Positions 18,679 to 26,774 of a stretch of 30,669 nucleotides of DNA are shown piece by piece; position 1 is the stretch's first letter, and each line of letters begins with the position of its first letter. The DNA comes from a virus. Lineage: Duplodnaviria > Caudoviricetes. Both the position numbers and the translations under genes were made by a program. The stretch covers positions 1-30,669 of the IMG/VR virus record IMGVR_UViG_3300030708_002709. One strand, given 5' to 3'. Under the pieces are notes generated by a model. That model was not told the origin of the DNA. It saw only the letters and a program-made list of their open reading frames with translations, and did no database searches.

Positions 18679-19770
18679 TTCGATTTGGTCAGCATACTTC
18701 CACGCCATATTGTGGTTGTACAGTTCGTGGATTTTAGCCGAGCTATGACCCACGATATTCATGCTAACCCGCTGATCCAGTTCCTGAGTCATCCGTGTAA
18801 TGTAGGTATTACGCACGTCATGCGGCGTCGCCTTGACTCCAATTTTTGCTGCAAACTTTGGCCACATTTGAGTCCAATATTTGGTTCGTGTTGACCCCTT
18901 CCACGGCGCTTTCAAATACATGCCACTGCCATGTTCGCTTTCCGGTTTGTAATTTTCCAGGAAGTCATACAGCGCTTGCGGCATGTAGGCGTTGTGGTCA
19001 TCGGAGTTTTTATTCAGCAACCACACAACCTTGTCCGCAAATATTGCGCTGCCAATTTTTAGTTCGGACGCTGCGCTGATTCTTGCGCCAGTGTAATACA
19101 TGATCATGGTCACGAACATCCACTCGTTGTACCACGGCGCATTTGAAAACTGCTGGCCACCGAACAGCAACAGTTCCACCTCGTTGTCAGCCAGTGACCG
19201 GTGCTTGTTTACAGTTTTCGCTTTTTTGTAGTAAGCGTCAGCCCAGTAGTTTTTGCAGTCGATCCCCAACTTGTCCTTGGCAAACGTCCATAGCTGGCCC
19301 AAGTCCGTGCATTCACGGTTCCATGTGTGCTGAGTGACCGGATCGCCGTTCGGGTTATCATTTTTTTTGCGGTTGTTGCGGTACGTCAATGTCAGTTCCG
19401 GCGTCAGCGACTTGACCCCAGTAATGCCGTGCGCCAAACAACGCTTGAGCCACAGTTTGGATCGCTCCTTAATTTTGACATACGTCAACTCCTTGACCGC
19501 ACCAGCTTCAAACTGTTGCTGGTAATGGCTAACATATTTTGGAATCAAATCAGTTAGCGCAATGTCGTGTACTGTACTAATACCTAGCTGCTTAAAAGCT
19601 AACTCGTTTTCAAATTTAATCAACCACGTTTCGGCGGCGCTGCCAGCAGCCGGACGTTTGCCACGGCTGTTGCCAATGCGGATGCCGGTGGACATGCGTT
19701 TCAGTATCCCGTTGCGCCTGAAGGCGCACCACCAGTACGGGCTGTCGGGTCGTCGGTATAATTCAGCCAT
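18610..19770 (-). CDS. int: Tyrosine recombinase (phage integrase)
   Basis: Catalytic R (YTGARISA), K (LNKN), HxxR (HDVR), H (VGHS) and Y (ELY); N-terminal arm-binding-like strand LYRRPDSPYWW. Confidence 0.93.
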   Translation of the reverse strand: MAELYRRPDSPYWWCAFRRNGILKRMSTGIRIGNSRGKRPAAGSAAETWLIKFENELAFKQLGISTVHDIALTDLIPKYVSHYQQQFEAGAVKELTYVKIKERSKLWLKRCLAHGITGVKSLTPELTLTYRNNRKKNDNPNGDPVTQHTWNRECTDLGQLWTFAKDKLGIDCKNYWADAYYKKAKTVNKHRSLADNEVELLLFGGQQFSNAPWYNEWMFVTMIMYYTGARISAASELKIGSAIFADKVVWLLNKNSDDHNAYMPQALYDFLENYKPESEHGSGMYLKAPWKGSTRTKYWTQMWPKFAAKIGVKATPHDVRNTYITRMTQELDQRVSMNIVGHSSAKIHELYNHNMAWKYADQIERVLNVNRVQDNGGNVSIYQSAS

Positions 19771-20027
19771 TATTTTTTCCAGCTTGTTCCCCTGTTTGCT
19801 TTCATAAATTGACCCACTTTCACCAGTTCCAAATCACTGGCATGTGGTAATTTTTTTGGATCGCAGTCGATTAAATCGACGATTGTTTTTACAGCGGCAT
19901 TAGTAAAACCATTGAGGGACATACCCAACAATTCAGCAGCTTTAATATAATTATCACGGTCACCGTGCGATACTCGCATGCTGTAATTCGTGTCGAGGTT
20001 TTTGTCCCTATTGCGTGGCCTTGCCAT
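19770..20027 (-). CDS. Ribbon-helix-helix DNA-binding regulator
   Basis: YSMRV strand followed by helices DRDNYIKAAELLGMSLNGFTNAAV; TAATG-coupled to int. Confidence 0.7.
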   Translation of the reverse strand: MARPRNRDKNLDTNYSMRVSHGDRDNYIKAAELLGMSLNGFTNAAVKTIVDLIDCDPKKLPHASDLELVKVGQFMKANRGTSWKK

Positions 20028-20038
20028 GTCAGCGCTGC

Positions 20039-20067
20039 ATTGTGCTATCGCACTGTCAACAAGTCAA
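20039..20067 (-). promoter_or_regulatory. sigma70-like leftward promoter for the RHH-int operon
   Basis: TTGACT-N17-CACAAT, ending 11 nt before the ATG. Confidence 0.6.
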
Positions 20068-20088
20068 CAAGTAAGTTTAGTAAGTGAT

Positions 20089-20103
20089 ATTAGTACATGT
20101 ACT
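20089..20103. promoter_or_regulatory. Palindromic candidate operator AGTACATGTACT
   Basis: Perfect 12-bp palindrome at 20092-20103 between divergent promoters; half-site shared with a dispersed motif. Confidence 0.5.
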
Positions 20104-20189
20104 GCATATAAAACTCCATAGGACAGTCATTGTCCCTTCCGTGTGGTATTGTCCTTTTGTTGAGTTTTTTTAAAGTATACAAAAAAATG

Positions 20190-20218
20190 TTGACACATAC
20201 CGAAACTAACCTAAAACT
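20190..20218 (+). promoter_or_regulatory. sigma70-like rightward promoter for the replication operon
   Basis: TTGACA at 20190 preceded by an A-tract; -10-like TAAAACT after 16-17 nt. Confidence 0.55.
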
Positions 20219-20233
20219 GACGGCAGCCGAAAG

Positions 20234-20422
20234 ATGGAAACGTATTGTTGGGAGATAATACACAAAAGGACGGGGTTAAAATTGAGTGGAACGTACACTC
20301 AAAGCGAAAACAACACCGATGAAATTTGGAAACATTACATTACAAATATGTTAATGGATTTTAAAAACTTTATTGGGTACGGGGAGGACGACGATTATGA
20401 AATCACAATCACGGAAAATTAA
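20234..20422 (+). CDS. Hypothetical protein
   Basis: ATG just downstream of the promoter; acidic C-terminus. Confidence 0.55.
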   Translation: METYCWEIIHKRTGLKLSGTYTQSENNTDEIWKHYITNMLMDFKNFIGYGEDDDYEITITEN

Positions 20423-20789
20423 TTCGCGCCGTAAAGGCAAGGAAGGCGAACTGGAATTCGCTCGTTTACTCAATGATCGCTTTGGGCCGACAGCCAACGC
20501 AAGGCGATCGCAACAGTTTATGGGAACAGCGCAGTCGGCTGACATCACCAGCAATTTGCCATTTCATTTTGAGGTGAAACGCTGCGACAAGTTAATGTTT
20601 CGCGATTGGTGGAGCCAACTCCGCAGCGAAGCAACTGACAAGACGGGGGTACTTGCATTTCGATGGAACAATGGCCCGTGGATTATTGCAATGGACGCTG
20701 ACGACTGGTGTAACGTCGTCCGTGAATCCGATTTTTTTTGCACTGAATGTGCTACAAATACCGAAACTAATCATGGCAGCAAAAACTAA
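20397..20789 (+). CDS. Holliday junction resolvase-like PD-(D/E)XK nuclease
   Basis: NSRRKGKEGELEFARLL...ADI...HFEVKR. Confidence 0.8.
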   Translation: MKSQSRKINSRRKGKEGELEFARLLNDRFGPTANARRSQQFMGTAQSADITSNLPFHFEVKRCDKLMFRDWWSQLRSEATDKTGVLAFRWNNGPWIIAMDADDWCNVVRESDFFCTECATNTETNHGSKN

Positions 20790-21381
20790 AAAAACGGCTG
20801 CGGCAAAATTGACCGTGGATGAAATACTAAACCGCCCATTGCCGAAAGAGGCATTGCGTGAACTACCTCACAAAAAGGGGATGACAGCAATCACACCGAT
20901 TTACGTCACGGATCGACTGAACGAGGCGTTTGGGCTGGGTGGCTGGCAGTTTGAGCCGGAAATTATCAGCGACTCGGAAAAAATGGTGATCATTAAAGGG
21001 GTGTTGACCGTTCCGGAAATGAACATTCGCATCGTCCAATTTGGTGGCAACGATAACCGTGATCGAGGCGACGCTTACAAGGGCGCAGCTACTGACGCGC
21101 TAGTGAAATGCGGCAGCTATTTGGGGATTGGCGCTCATGTGTGGCGAGACGATGCGCCTAGCGAGCGCGACGCGGCGAACGCTGATTTTAATCGCGTGGC
21201 AAAGCTGGAGGAGTTACTTGAAAAACATGAAGCTGATGTGAATCACTTTTTAAAGGAGTGTCATTGGATTGAAATCGACCAGACATTTCGTGACCTAAAC
21301 AGTAGGCGTGCGGATGAAATACTGGAACGTCCGTCCGACTTTTTGGCGACCGTGCTGGCTGATAACAAGGAGGCGGCGTGA
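20773..21381 (+). CDS. Rad52/Sak-family single-strand annealing protein
   Basis: YVTDRLNEAFGLGGW and DAYKGAATDALVKCGSYLGIG; start re-assigned to ATG 20773. Confidence 0.85.
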   Translation: MAAKTKKTAAAKLTVDEILNRPLPKEALRELPHKKGMTAITPIYVTDRLNEAFGLGGWQFEPEIISDSEKMVIIKGVLTVPEMNIRIVQFGGNDNRDRGDAYKGAATDALVKCGSYLGIGAHVWRDDAPSERDAANADFNRVAKLEELLEKHEADVNHFLKECHWIEIDQTFRDLNSRRADEILERPSDFLATVLADNKEAA

Positions 21382-22396
21382 GCGAGGAGCGCGAACACCA
21401 TCCGCACTCCCCTAGCAGTTGGGCGAAATGGCTGAGTTGCGCGGTTTATAAAAGCGGCCCAGTGGGGTTCGCGGCGTATCGAGGAACTGCCATGCATGAC
21501 GAGTGGCAAAAACAACATCTGAAAAAATGCAAATCGAACTCACGCACGACGACCGCGAGCAAATAAGTTGGGCAACAGCCTACACGCTTGAGCAGTGCGG
21601 GTCGTCGCCGGTTGAAGTTGAAACGAAACTCGACATCCACGTTGACGGTAAATTTTTTACGTTCGGCTACGTAGACATGTACTGCGGCTCCAAACGTAAA
21701 ATGTTCGATCTAAAAACCGGCAACCGCTACGACGACCGCGTACAGATGATGGGCTACGCGCTGGGTATTATGCAGCGCGACGATGTCATGGAGGTGGAGG
21801 TGCATATCATGTACTCCAAATCGCAAACTGTTGACCGGTTTGTGGTAACCCGCAGTGAGTGTGAGGACGTTGCACGTCAAGTGCGTGGTGCAGTTACAAA
21901 CCCAACTAAAGCGCCTATTCCGTGCGACTATTGTGGTTGGTGCGAACATCAACTGTACTGCACTGCTGTCAGCGGCGCGGCACTAACTGTCATTGATCAG
22001 CAGGACGTGTTGGCGCAAGCGCGTGATCCCCGTGAAATCACAAACCCACTTCTGGCGGCAAGGCTACGCGCCTACGTGCCGTCGATTGAGGCATGGGTCA
22101 AAGCGCTGAAAGACAAGTGCGAGGAGTTTGATGAGTTGCCTGGATTTAAACGCGTGGTGCGTCAGGCGACGCCGAAAATAAAGGACGTGCGTGCGGTGTA
22201 TTTGAAAATGGCCGGACACAACATTGATACGTATGGCATGCTGGACGCGTGCGACGTTAAATTTTCAAATTTAGTGCAGTTGTACAGCGAAGCGAACAAG
22301 TGCAGTAAAAGCGAAGCCGAACAATCCCTCACCGAGTTGTTAGGCGACTTATTGGAAGTCGGTGGAACCAGCCAATACTGGCGTAAAACTAAATAG
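21378..22396 (+). CDS. DUF2800/Cas4-like PD-(D/E)XK exonuclease split over two frames (21378..21566 and 21503..22396)
   Basis: N-part has SPSSWAKWLSC...AAYRGTAMH; C-part has GYVD...FDLKTG, QMMGYA and CDYCGWC; a -1 shift near 21508-21527 joins them. Confidence 0.7.
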
Positions 22397-22415
22397 TACA
22401 TTACATTACAATCAT

Positions 22416-22652
22416 ATGTCGGACAGTTACAAGGCAAGCGACAAACCAGACAAAGGAGCGTTGTTTCCCAATAAAAAAAAGGAAAAGGACACTCAGCCTG
22501 ATTTGACCGGAACACTCAACGTGGACGGAAAAATGTATTGGGTATCCGCATGGAAAAACAAAGCGCAGTCGAACGGAGTTGATTATTTAAAACTCGCGGT
22601 CACGGCGCAGGAGGAACAGTCATCGACGAAAGGCAGCGACAAGCTGTTTTAG
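22416..22652 (+). CDS. Small putative ssDNA-binding protein (DUF736-like)
   Basis: GALFPNKKKEKDTQPDLTG...YWVSAWK...YLKLAV; C-terminal Phe; follows the annealing protein and nuclease. Confidence 0.65.
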   Translation: MSDSYKASDKPDKGALFPNKKKEKDTQPDLTGTLNVDGKMYWVSAWKNKAQSNGVDYLKLAVTAQEEQSSTKGSDKLF

Positions 22653-22662
22653 ACGATGACGA

Positions 22663-22694
22663 GGGGCTGGCCGGTGCTGATGTCGGCCAGCCCC
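22663..22694. other. Strong intergenic GC-rich hairpin (possible terminator or processing site)
   Basis: GGGGCTGGCCG-N10-CGGCCAGCCCC, perfect 11-bp stem with no clear U-tract. Confidence 0.6.
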
Positions 22695-22729
22695 AATTAT
22701 CCATTGCCTCATGCCATTACGAATTAGCA

Positions 22730-23038
22730 ATGGCCGTAATTCGCAGCGGGATATTAAGTTACATTTATTGGCGGCGATGCGGTTACATACGAGACGATGG
22801 ATCAATAAACTGGGTAAGATACTGGCGCGAGTGGAAACAAAAACGGAAGAAGTGGAATTTCCGAACGATGGCTCCGAACAAAGCACGCATTCGACTTCGC
22901 GCTGTTATCATCGATAATGAATTTTACAAAAACGGAATACATATTTACTTAAAACTAATCGGTTATGAAAACGAAAACGAATGGCTACACGACCAAATTG
23001 CCTCGCGCATACACGGAGCGCACGAAGCGGATTATTAA
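22730..23038 (+). CDS. Hypothetical protein
   Basis: Longest sense ORF filling the gap; competes with 22711..22917. Confidence 0.4.
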   Translation: MAVIRSGILSYIYWRRCGYIRDDGSINWVRYWREWKQKRKKWNFRTMAPNKARIRLRAVIIDNEFYKNGIHIYLKLIGYENENEWLHDQIASRIHGAHEADY

Positions 23039-23300
23039 TGCTGTAGTCGAGGAGTATAATTTTAAAAACGAACGCGAGATGTGGAAATCGCCGCGTACCC
23101 CGCACAACTGTAGTGCGAGGTGGATCGTGTGGCACTACATGCGAGAGATGGGGATGCCATTTGAAATGATCAGTGGCTACACGGGTCATTCGCACGGCAC
23201 TGTCATGCACGGTATTGACCGACTTAAATCCGATTTGGAATTGCGATCAAACGGGATGCTTCGCACGATTTATAAAAATATAAAAACAGCATTGACGTGA
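22965..23300 (+). CDS. Stand-alone DnaA C-terminal (domain IV)-like HTH protein
   Basis: IINAVVEEY...RTPHNCSARWIVWHYMREMGMPFEMISGYTGHSHGTVMHG parallels the DnaA R..AMYL...IG..FG.RDHTTV motif. Confidence 0.75.
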   Translation: MKTKTNGYTTKLPRAYTERTKRIINAVVEEYNFKNEREMWKSPRTPHNCSARWIVWHYMREMGMPFEMISGYTGHSHGTVMHGIDRLKSDLELRSNGMLRTIYKNIKTALT

Positions 23301-23848
23301 GTTTGGAGGCGATAACGTGGGCGTTCCGGCAGCAACTAACCCCCAGCGAAAAGCTGGTGCTGCTGACGCTTGCGGATTACGCCGACGACGAAAACAAATG
23401 CTGGCCCCGGCAGGACACGCTGGCCGAACGCACCGGACTCACTCGCCAAACCGTAAACGTCAAACTGTCATCGCTTGAAAAGGCGGGATTAATACGACGT
23501 GAACCGCGATGCCATACAAGCAACATAACTCACCTAAATATAATCAATGAAAAACCAAAAAAAACCAAACCACGAAAAGCCGCATTCGCCCCGCCGTCGC
23601 TTGACGCCGTGCGCGAATATGCGAAAAGCCGGAATGCTGAATCGCTCGCTGTTGGATTCCATGAGTACTTCACGGCTGGCAACTGGGTCGATTCGCGTGG
23701 AAATAAAGTAAGGAACTGGAAGCAGAAGTTTCTAACATGGGAAAAATACAGCAATGACCGATCCCAAACATCTAGCAGCCGTAATAACGGGACGTTCGCC
23801 GGAGCGAGCGACTATGCCACCGCAGCAGTTAAAGCCGGAAACGCTTGA
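23297..23848 (+). CDS. Phage replication initiator (N-terminal winged HTH)
   Basis: EKLVLLTLADYAD...CWPRQDTLAERTGLTRQTV...LEKAGLI; C-terminal FAPPSL...W..SRGNKVRNWK. Confidence 0.85.
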   Translation: MSLEAITWAFRQQLTPSEKLVLLTLADYADDENKCWPRQDTLAERTGLTRQTVNVKLSSLEKAGLIRREPRCHTSNITHLNIINEKPKKTKPRKAAFAPPSLDAVREYAKSRNAESLAVGFHEYFTAGNWVDSRGNKVRNWKQKFLTWEKYSNDRSQTSSSRNNGTFAGASDYATAAVKAGNA

Positions 23849-24362
23849 ATGGTATCGTGAATTTTTATCGTTCAACACAAACGGCGACACGGTGCTTGAA
23901 GACATGCTGACGCGCACCGCTGCGTTCATCAACGCATTCACGCATCACGACCATCGCAAGCGCTATTGGCTGACGCTGGCTGGTACGTGCGGAGTTGGCA
24001 AAACGCACCTAGCAAAAGCCGTGGCGAAGACACATCAGAACGTAGCTGAAACACCAGGCAAGTTTGTTCGATGGATCGATGCGCTGAACTACATGCGCGA
24101 CGGTCACCACAATTATGCCGCCGAACTAGCACGCGAGTCGCTGCTTGTCATCGATGACATAGGCGCTGAACACGGCAGCGAATACGGCAGTCAAAAACTG
24201 TTAGAGGTGTTGGACAAGCGGCTGGGTAAATGGACGTTCATTACATCGAACTTAACGATGGAACGCTTCGCTGAAATTGACCGGAGAATAGCCAGCCGAT
24301 TGGTACGGGATAACAACCAAGTGCTGGAGTGTGTGACAACTGACTACGCACTGCGTAACTAG
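23754..24362 (+). CDS. DnaC/IstB-like AAA+ helicase loader
   Basis: Walker A GTCGVGKT, Walker B LLVIDDIG, ITSNL and RIASRL; start uncertain. Confidence 0.88.
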   Translation: MTDPKHLAAVITGRSPERATMPPQQLKPETLEWYREFLSFNTNGDTVLEDMLTRTAAFINAFTHHDHRKRYWLTLAGTCGVGKTHLAKAVAKTHQNVAETPGKFVRWIDALNYMRDGHHNYAAELARESLLVIDDIGAEHGSEYGSQKLLEVLDKRLGKWTFITSNLTMERFAEIDRRIASRLVRDNNQVLECVTTDYALRN

Positions 24363-24393
24363 ACATGACTATAAAATCATACACCATTCCTAC

Positions 24394-24777
24394 GTGGGGG
24401 AACATCGCGCACACATTGGTGCAGCCGCTGAGTCATTGGTCGTCACGCGATTACTGGTTCACGGACATACTCCTCTTAACCCACGGGTCACTGAAGCGTT
24501 TGACATTGCCGCGCTCACGGACAGGCGACGGTTTCGCAAGTTGCAAGTCAAGGGAAGCACGTACACAAACCGAGGCGGGTATTACGAATTTAACACTCGA
24601 CGAGCGGACGGGAGGTTGTACCAAAAATGCGATGTCGATTACTGCGTTGTGGTCGCGATGGACATTGAAATGTGTTGGGTCATTCCGATCAGCAAAATCA
24701 AAGTTAAAAAAATTAACATCCATCCCGACAAACGCAACCAGTGGTCGCGGTATTTGGAACGCTGGGAACTACATTAG
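24394..24777 (+). CDS. PD-(D/E)XK endonuclease
   Basis: IGAAAESLV...FDI...KLQVKGST...DVDY...CWVIP. Confidence 0.75.
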   Translation: MGEHRAHIGAAAESLVVTRLLVHGHTPLNPRVTEAFDIAALTDRRRFRKLQVKGSTYTNRGGYYEFNTRRADGRLYQKCDVDYCVVVAMDIEMCWVIPISKIKVKKINIHPDKRNQWSRYLERWELH

Positions 24778-24785
24778 TACAGTAC

Positions 24786-24992
24786 ATGACACGCGAGGAA
24801 AGGCGGCAGGATCGTGAGCGAAAAAGATTTTGGCACGAACGCGGGAAGGCGCTCCTTCACGACCATAAAGCCACCGGCTCCGAACTCCGTGCCGCCGCCA
24901 TTGGTGTGCGCCGAATGGACGCCAAGCTGGCTGAACAACTTGAATCAAAAGCGCAAATTCAAATTGCGCGGTTTAACCAAAAACACAAATGA
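24786..24992 (+). CDS. Hypothetical protein
   Basis: ATG at 24786; ATGA coupling to the next gene. Confidence 0.6.
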   Translation: MTREERRQDRERKRFWHERGKALLHDHKATGSELRAAAIGVRRMDAKLAEQLESKAQIQIARFNQKHK

Positions 24993-25192
24993 AAAACAAC
25001 GAACACAAACTGGGACATGAGTCCAGTACGATGGATGACGCGCTGTACGCAAACGCATTAAGCAGCCGCAAGTTTAGTAAAAGCATCGGGGCGAAAGCGG
25101 ACATGGGAGGCATTTACGTTACTCATTGCCGCCCTGCTGGATCGAACAAAACGCGTGCAACTAACCGGCAAAAGAAACGGAGGCGCAAATGA
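24989..25192 (+). CDS. Hypothetical basic protein
   Basis: ATGA coupling at both ends. Confidence 0.6.
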   Translation: MKNNEHKLGHESSTMDDALYANALSSRKFSKSIGAKADMGGIYVTHCRPAGSNKTRATNRQKKRRRK

Positions 25193-25332
25193 GTGATTAC
25201 TACGACCACGACGACGACTACACTGAATGGGAAGACGAATGTAACAAGTGCTTTGCGACATTCACAAATCAAGGACTGCACGGAATCCCGTGTCCACACT
25301 GCGAGGATGACGACGATGACGACAATGACTGA
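25189..25332 (+). CDS. 47-aa acidic zinc-ribbon protein (not in ORF track)
   Basis: MSDYYDHDDDYTEWEDECNKCFATFTNQGLHGIPCPHCEDDDDDDND; two CxxC motifs; ATGA start overlap. Confidence 0.65.
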   Translation: MSDYYDHDDDYTEWEDECNKCFATFTNQGLHGIPCPHCEDDDDDDND

Positions 25333-25543
25333 CCACGAAATTATGGACATCGCACTGGCTGAGTTTCAGCATTTTGCTGCAAAAAAATTCAAGGCTGGAA
25401 TCCAGGAACACAATCCGTTTGGCGACAAGGGTCTGGATCGCATGGCGATGATTCAAAAAATCAAAGCCTGTCAGGAGGAAGTCATCGACTTGTGGTTCTA
25501 TCTAAAGGCGCTGGAAATCCATGAACGAAAACGGGAAGCGTGA
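25325..25543 (+). CDS. Hypothetical protein (72 aa)
   Basis: Start re-assigned to ATG 25325 (MTDHEIMD...); ACQEEVIDLWFYL helix motif; GTGA coupling to the MTase. Confidence 0.65.
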   Translation: MTDHEIMDIALAEFQHFAAKKFKAGIQEHNPFGDKGLDRMAMIQKIKACQEEVIDLWFYLKALEIHERKREA

Positions 25544-26307
25544 CTCACGTCGATTTATTCAGCGGCATCGGGGGATTCGCATTAGCCTGTCGCCACGTCG
25601 GCTTGAAAACTATTTGCTTCTGCGAAAGCGATCCATTTTGCCACCGGATTTTGGCCAAGCATTGGCCGGACGTTCCGATCATCGATGACGTTAAACAGTT
25701 CAACGGAAACGAATGGCAGCGGCCAACTTTGCTTACCGCTGGATTCCCCTGTCAGGACGCCAGCATCGCGCAAACACGACGTGATCGATCCGGATTGGAT
25801 GGCGAGCGCACGGGCTTATGGAGCGAGTTGGTGCGAATTATTGGCGAGGCTAGACCGAAAGTTGCGCTGTTGGAAAACGTCCCAAACTTGCTTAACGGAG
25901 ACGGGGGAGATTGGTTCGGACGAATACTGTCAGACTTGGCCGCGATCCGGTATGATGCGGAATGGCATTGCATACCGGCTTCCCACGTTGGCGCGAAGCA
26001 CCAGCGGGACAGACTCTGGATCGTGGCCAACCCCCACGGCGAGGGATTGGAAGGACACGGGGAAAATGGAAAACGTGCCGGTCAATGGTTTGCTGGGTCG
26101 AGTTTTCCGGAAAAAATTTGGGATGAATTTGATCCCGAACTTTTGCGAGTGGCTGATGGGATTCCCAAGCGATTGGACAAACGCATCGAGCGACTCCGGT
26201 CGCTAGGCAATGCCGTTTGCGTTCCCCTCGTCATCGAAATACTCCGCGCTATTTTCAATCATCAACCCAGCGTCGGCCAGCGTTCCCCGAATCCGTTGCC
26301 GGATTAA
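25540..26307 (+). CDS. DNA cytosine-5 methyltransferase, main (alpha-like) polypeptide
   Basis: Motif I FSGIGG, IV GFPCQD, VI LENV, VIII HQRDRLW and X RLRSLGNAV; no motif IX. Confidence 0.92.
   Translation: MTHVDLFSGIGGFALACRHVGLKTICFCESDPFCHRILAKHWPDVPIIDDVKQFNGNEWQRPTLLTAGFPCQDASIAQTRRDRSGLDGERTGLWSELVRIIGEARPKVALLENVPNLLNGDGGDWFGRILSDLAAIRYDAEWHCIPASHVGAKHQRDRLWIVANPHGEGLEGHGENGKRAGQWFAGSSFPEKIWDEFDPELLRVADGIPKRLDKRIERLRSLGNAVCVPLVIEILRAIFNHQPSVGQRSPNPLPD
25685..26206 (+). CDS. Nested alternative-frame ORF, putative beta polypeptide of the methyltransferase (motif IX)
   Basis: 173-aa ORF wholly inside the MTase gene; WPTPTARDWK and PNFCEWLMGFPSDWT. Confidence 0.7.
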   Translation: MTLNSSTETNGSGQLCLPLDSPVRTPASRKHDVIDPDWMASARAYGASWCELLARLDRKLRCWKTSQTCLTETGEIGSDEYCQTWPRSGMMRNGIAYRLPTLARSTSGTDSGSWPTPTARDWKDTGKMENVPVNGLLGRVFRKKFGMNLIPNFCEWLMGFPSDWTNASSDSGR

Positions 26308-26472
26308 TTCCAGCGTCTGCTTGGAATAGTACGTTCCCTCCAATTCCAGGAGATCGGTAATCAGCGCATCCACCTCGATTATCGTGTCTCGATACACTAC
26401 TGACCGGCTGGCTTCCGTGGCCATGCGTTCAAATATTACCGCGTTCCGCCGTTTAGTTTTTTCAGCATCCAT
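26203..26472 (-). CDS. Hypothetical protein
   Basis: ATG at 26472; helical; overlaps the MTase 3' end convergently. Confidence 0.5.
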   Translation of the reverse strand: MDAEKTKRRNAVIFERMATEASRSVVYRDTIIEVDALITDLLELEGTYYSKQTLELIRQRIRGTLADAGLMIENSAEYFDDEGNANGIA

Positions 26473-26774
26473 TTCACAAAATCCGGATTGTCGCGCATGA
26501 CGGTGCATTGTCCCGTGGTCATCAGCGTCACGATCCGCTCCTCCGTCAGTTCGCCGGTCATATGTAATCCGGCAAACAACGCGTGATTAATTTCATGCCA
26601 GATCGTGTCGGCCATTGCTGTCGGTTTTTGATCGCGGCAAACAACGATTGTTTGCGTGCTGGTGTCACACGATCCGTGTGAGTCGGTAGCCGTTTCAATA
26701 TCCCGATTCACCCAAACTAAATCGTAATCCAGATTTAGGATTTTAAGGCGTTTTGGGTACACGTCGGCGCTCAT
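26436..26774 (-). CDS. Small zincin-like metallopeptidase-fold protein
   Basis: HGSCD...IVV...DTIWHEINHALF...EERIV; start re-assigned to ATG 26774. Confidence 0.75.
   Translation of the reverse strand: MSADVYPKRLKILNLDYDLVWVNRDIETATDSHGSCDTSTQTIVVCRDQKPTAMADTIWHEINHALFAGLHMTGELTEERIVTLMTTGQCTVMRDNPDFVKWMLKKLNGGTR

Noticed and set aside
23540-23580. Replication origin iterons in the initiator gene
   Set aside because: Only an A-rich Lys/Pro linker (AAAACCAAA twice); insufficient for a call
24365-24817. 150-aa ORF overlapping the endonuclease gene
   Set aside because: The alternative frame 24394..24777 has clear PD-(D/E)XK motifs; this one has none
25193-25324. Poly-Thr N-terminus of the listed ORF 25193..25543
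   Set aside because: Off-frame reading of Asp codons of the 25189..25332 gene; the real start is likely 25325
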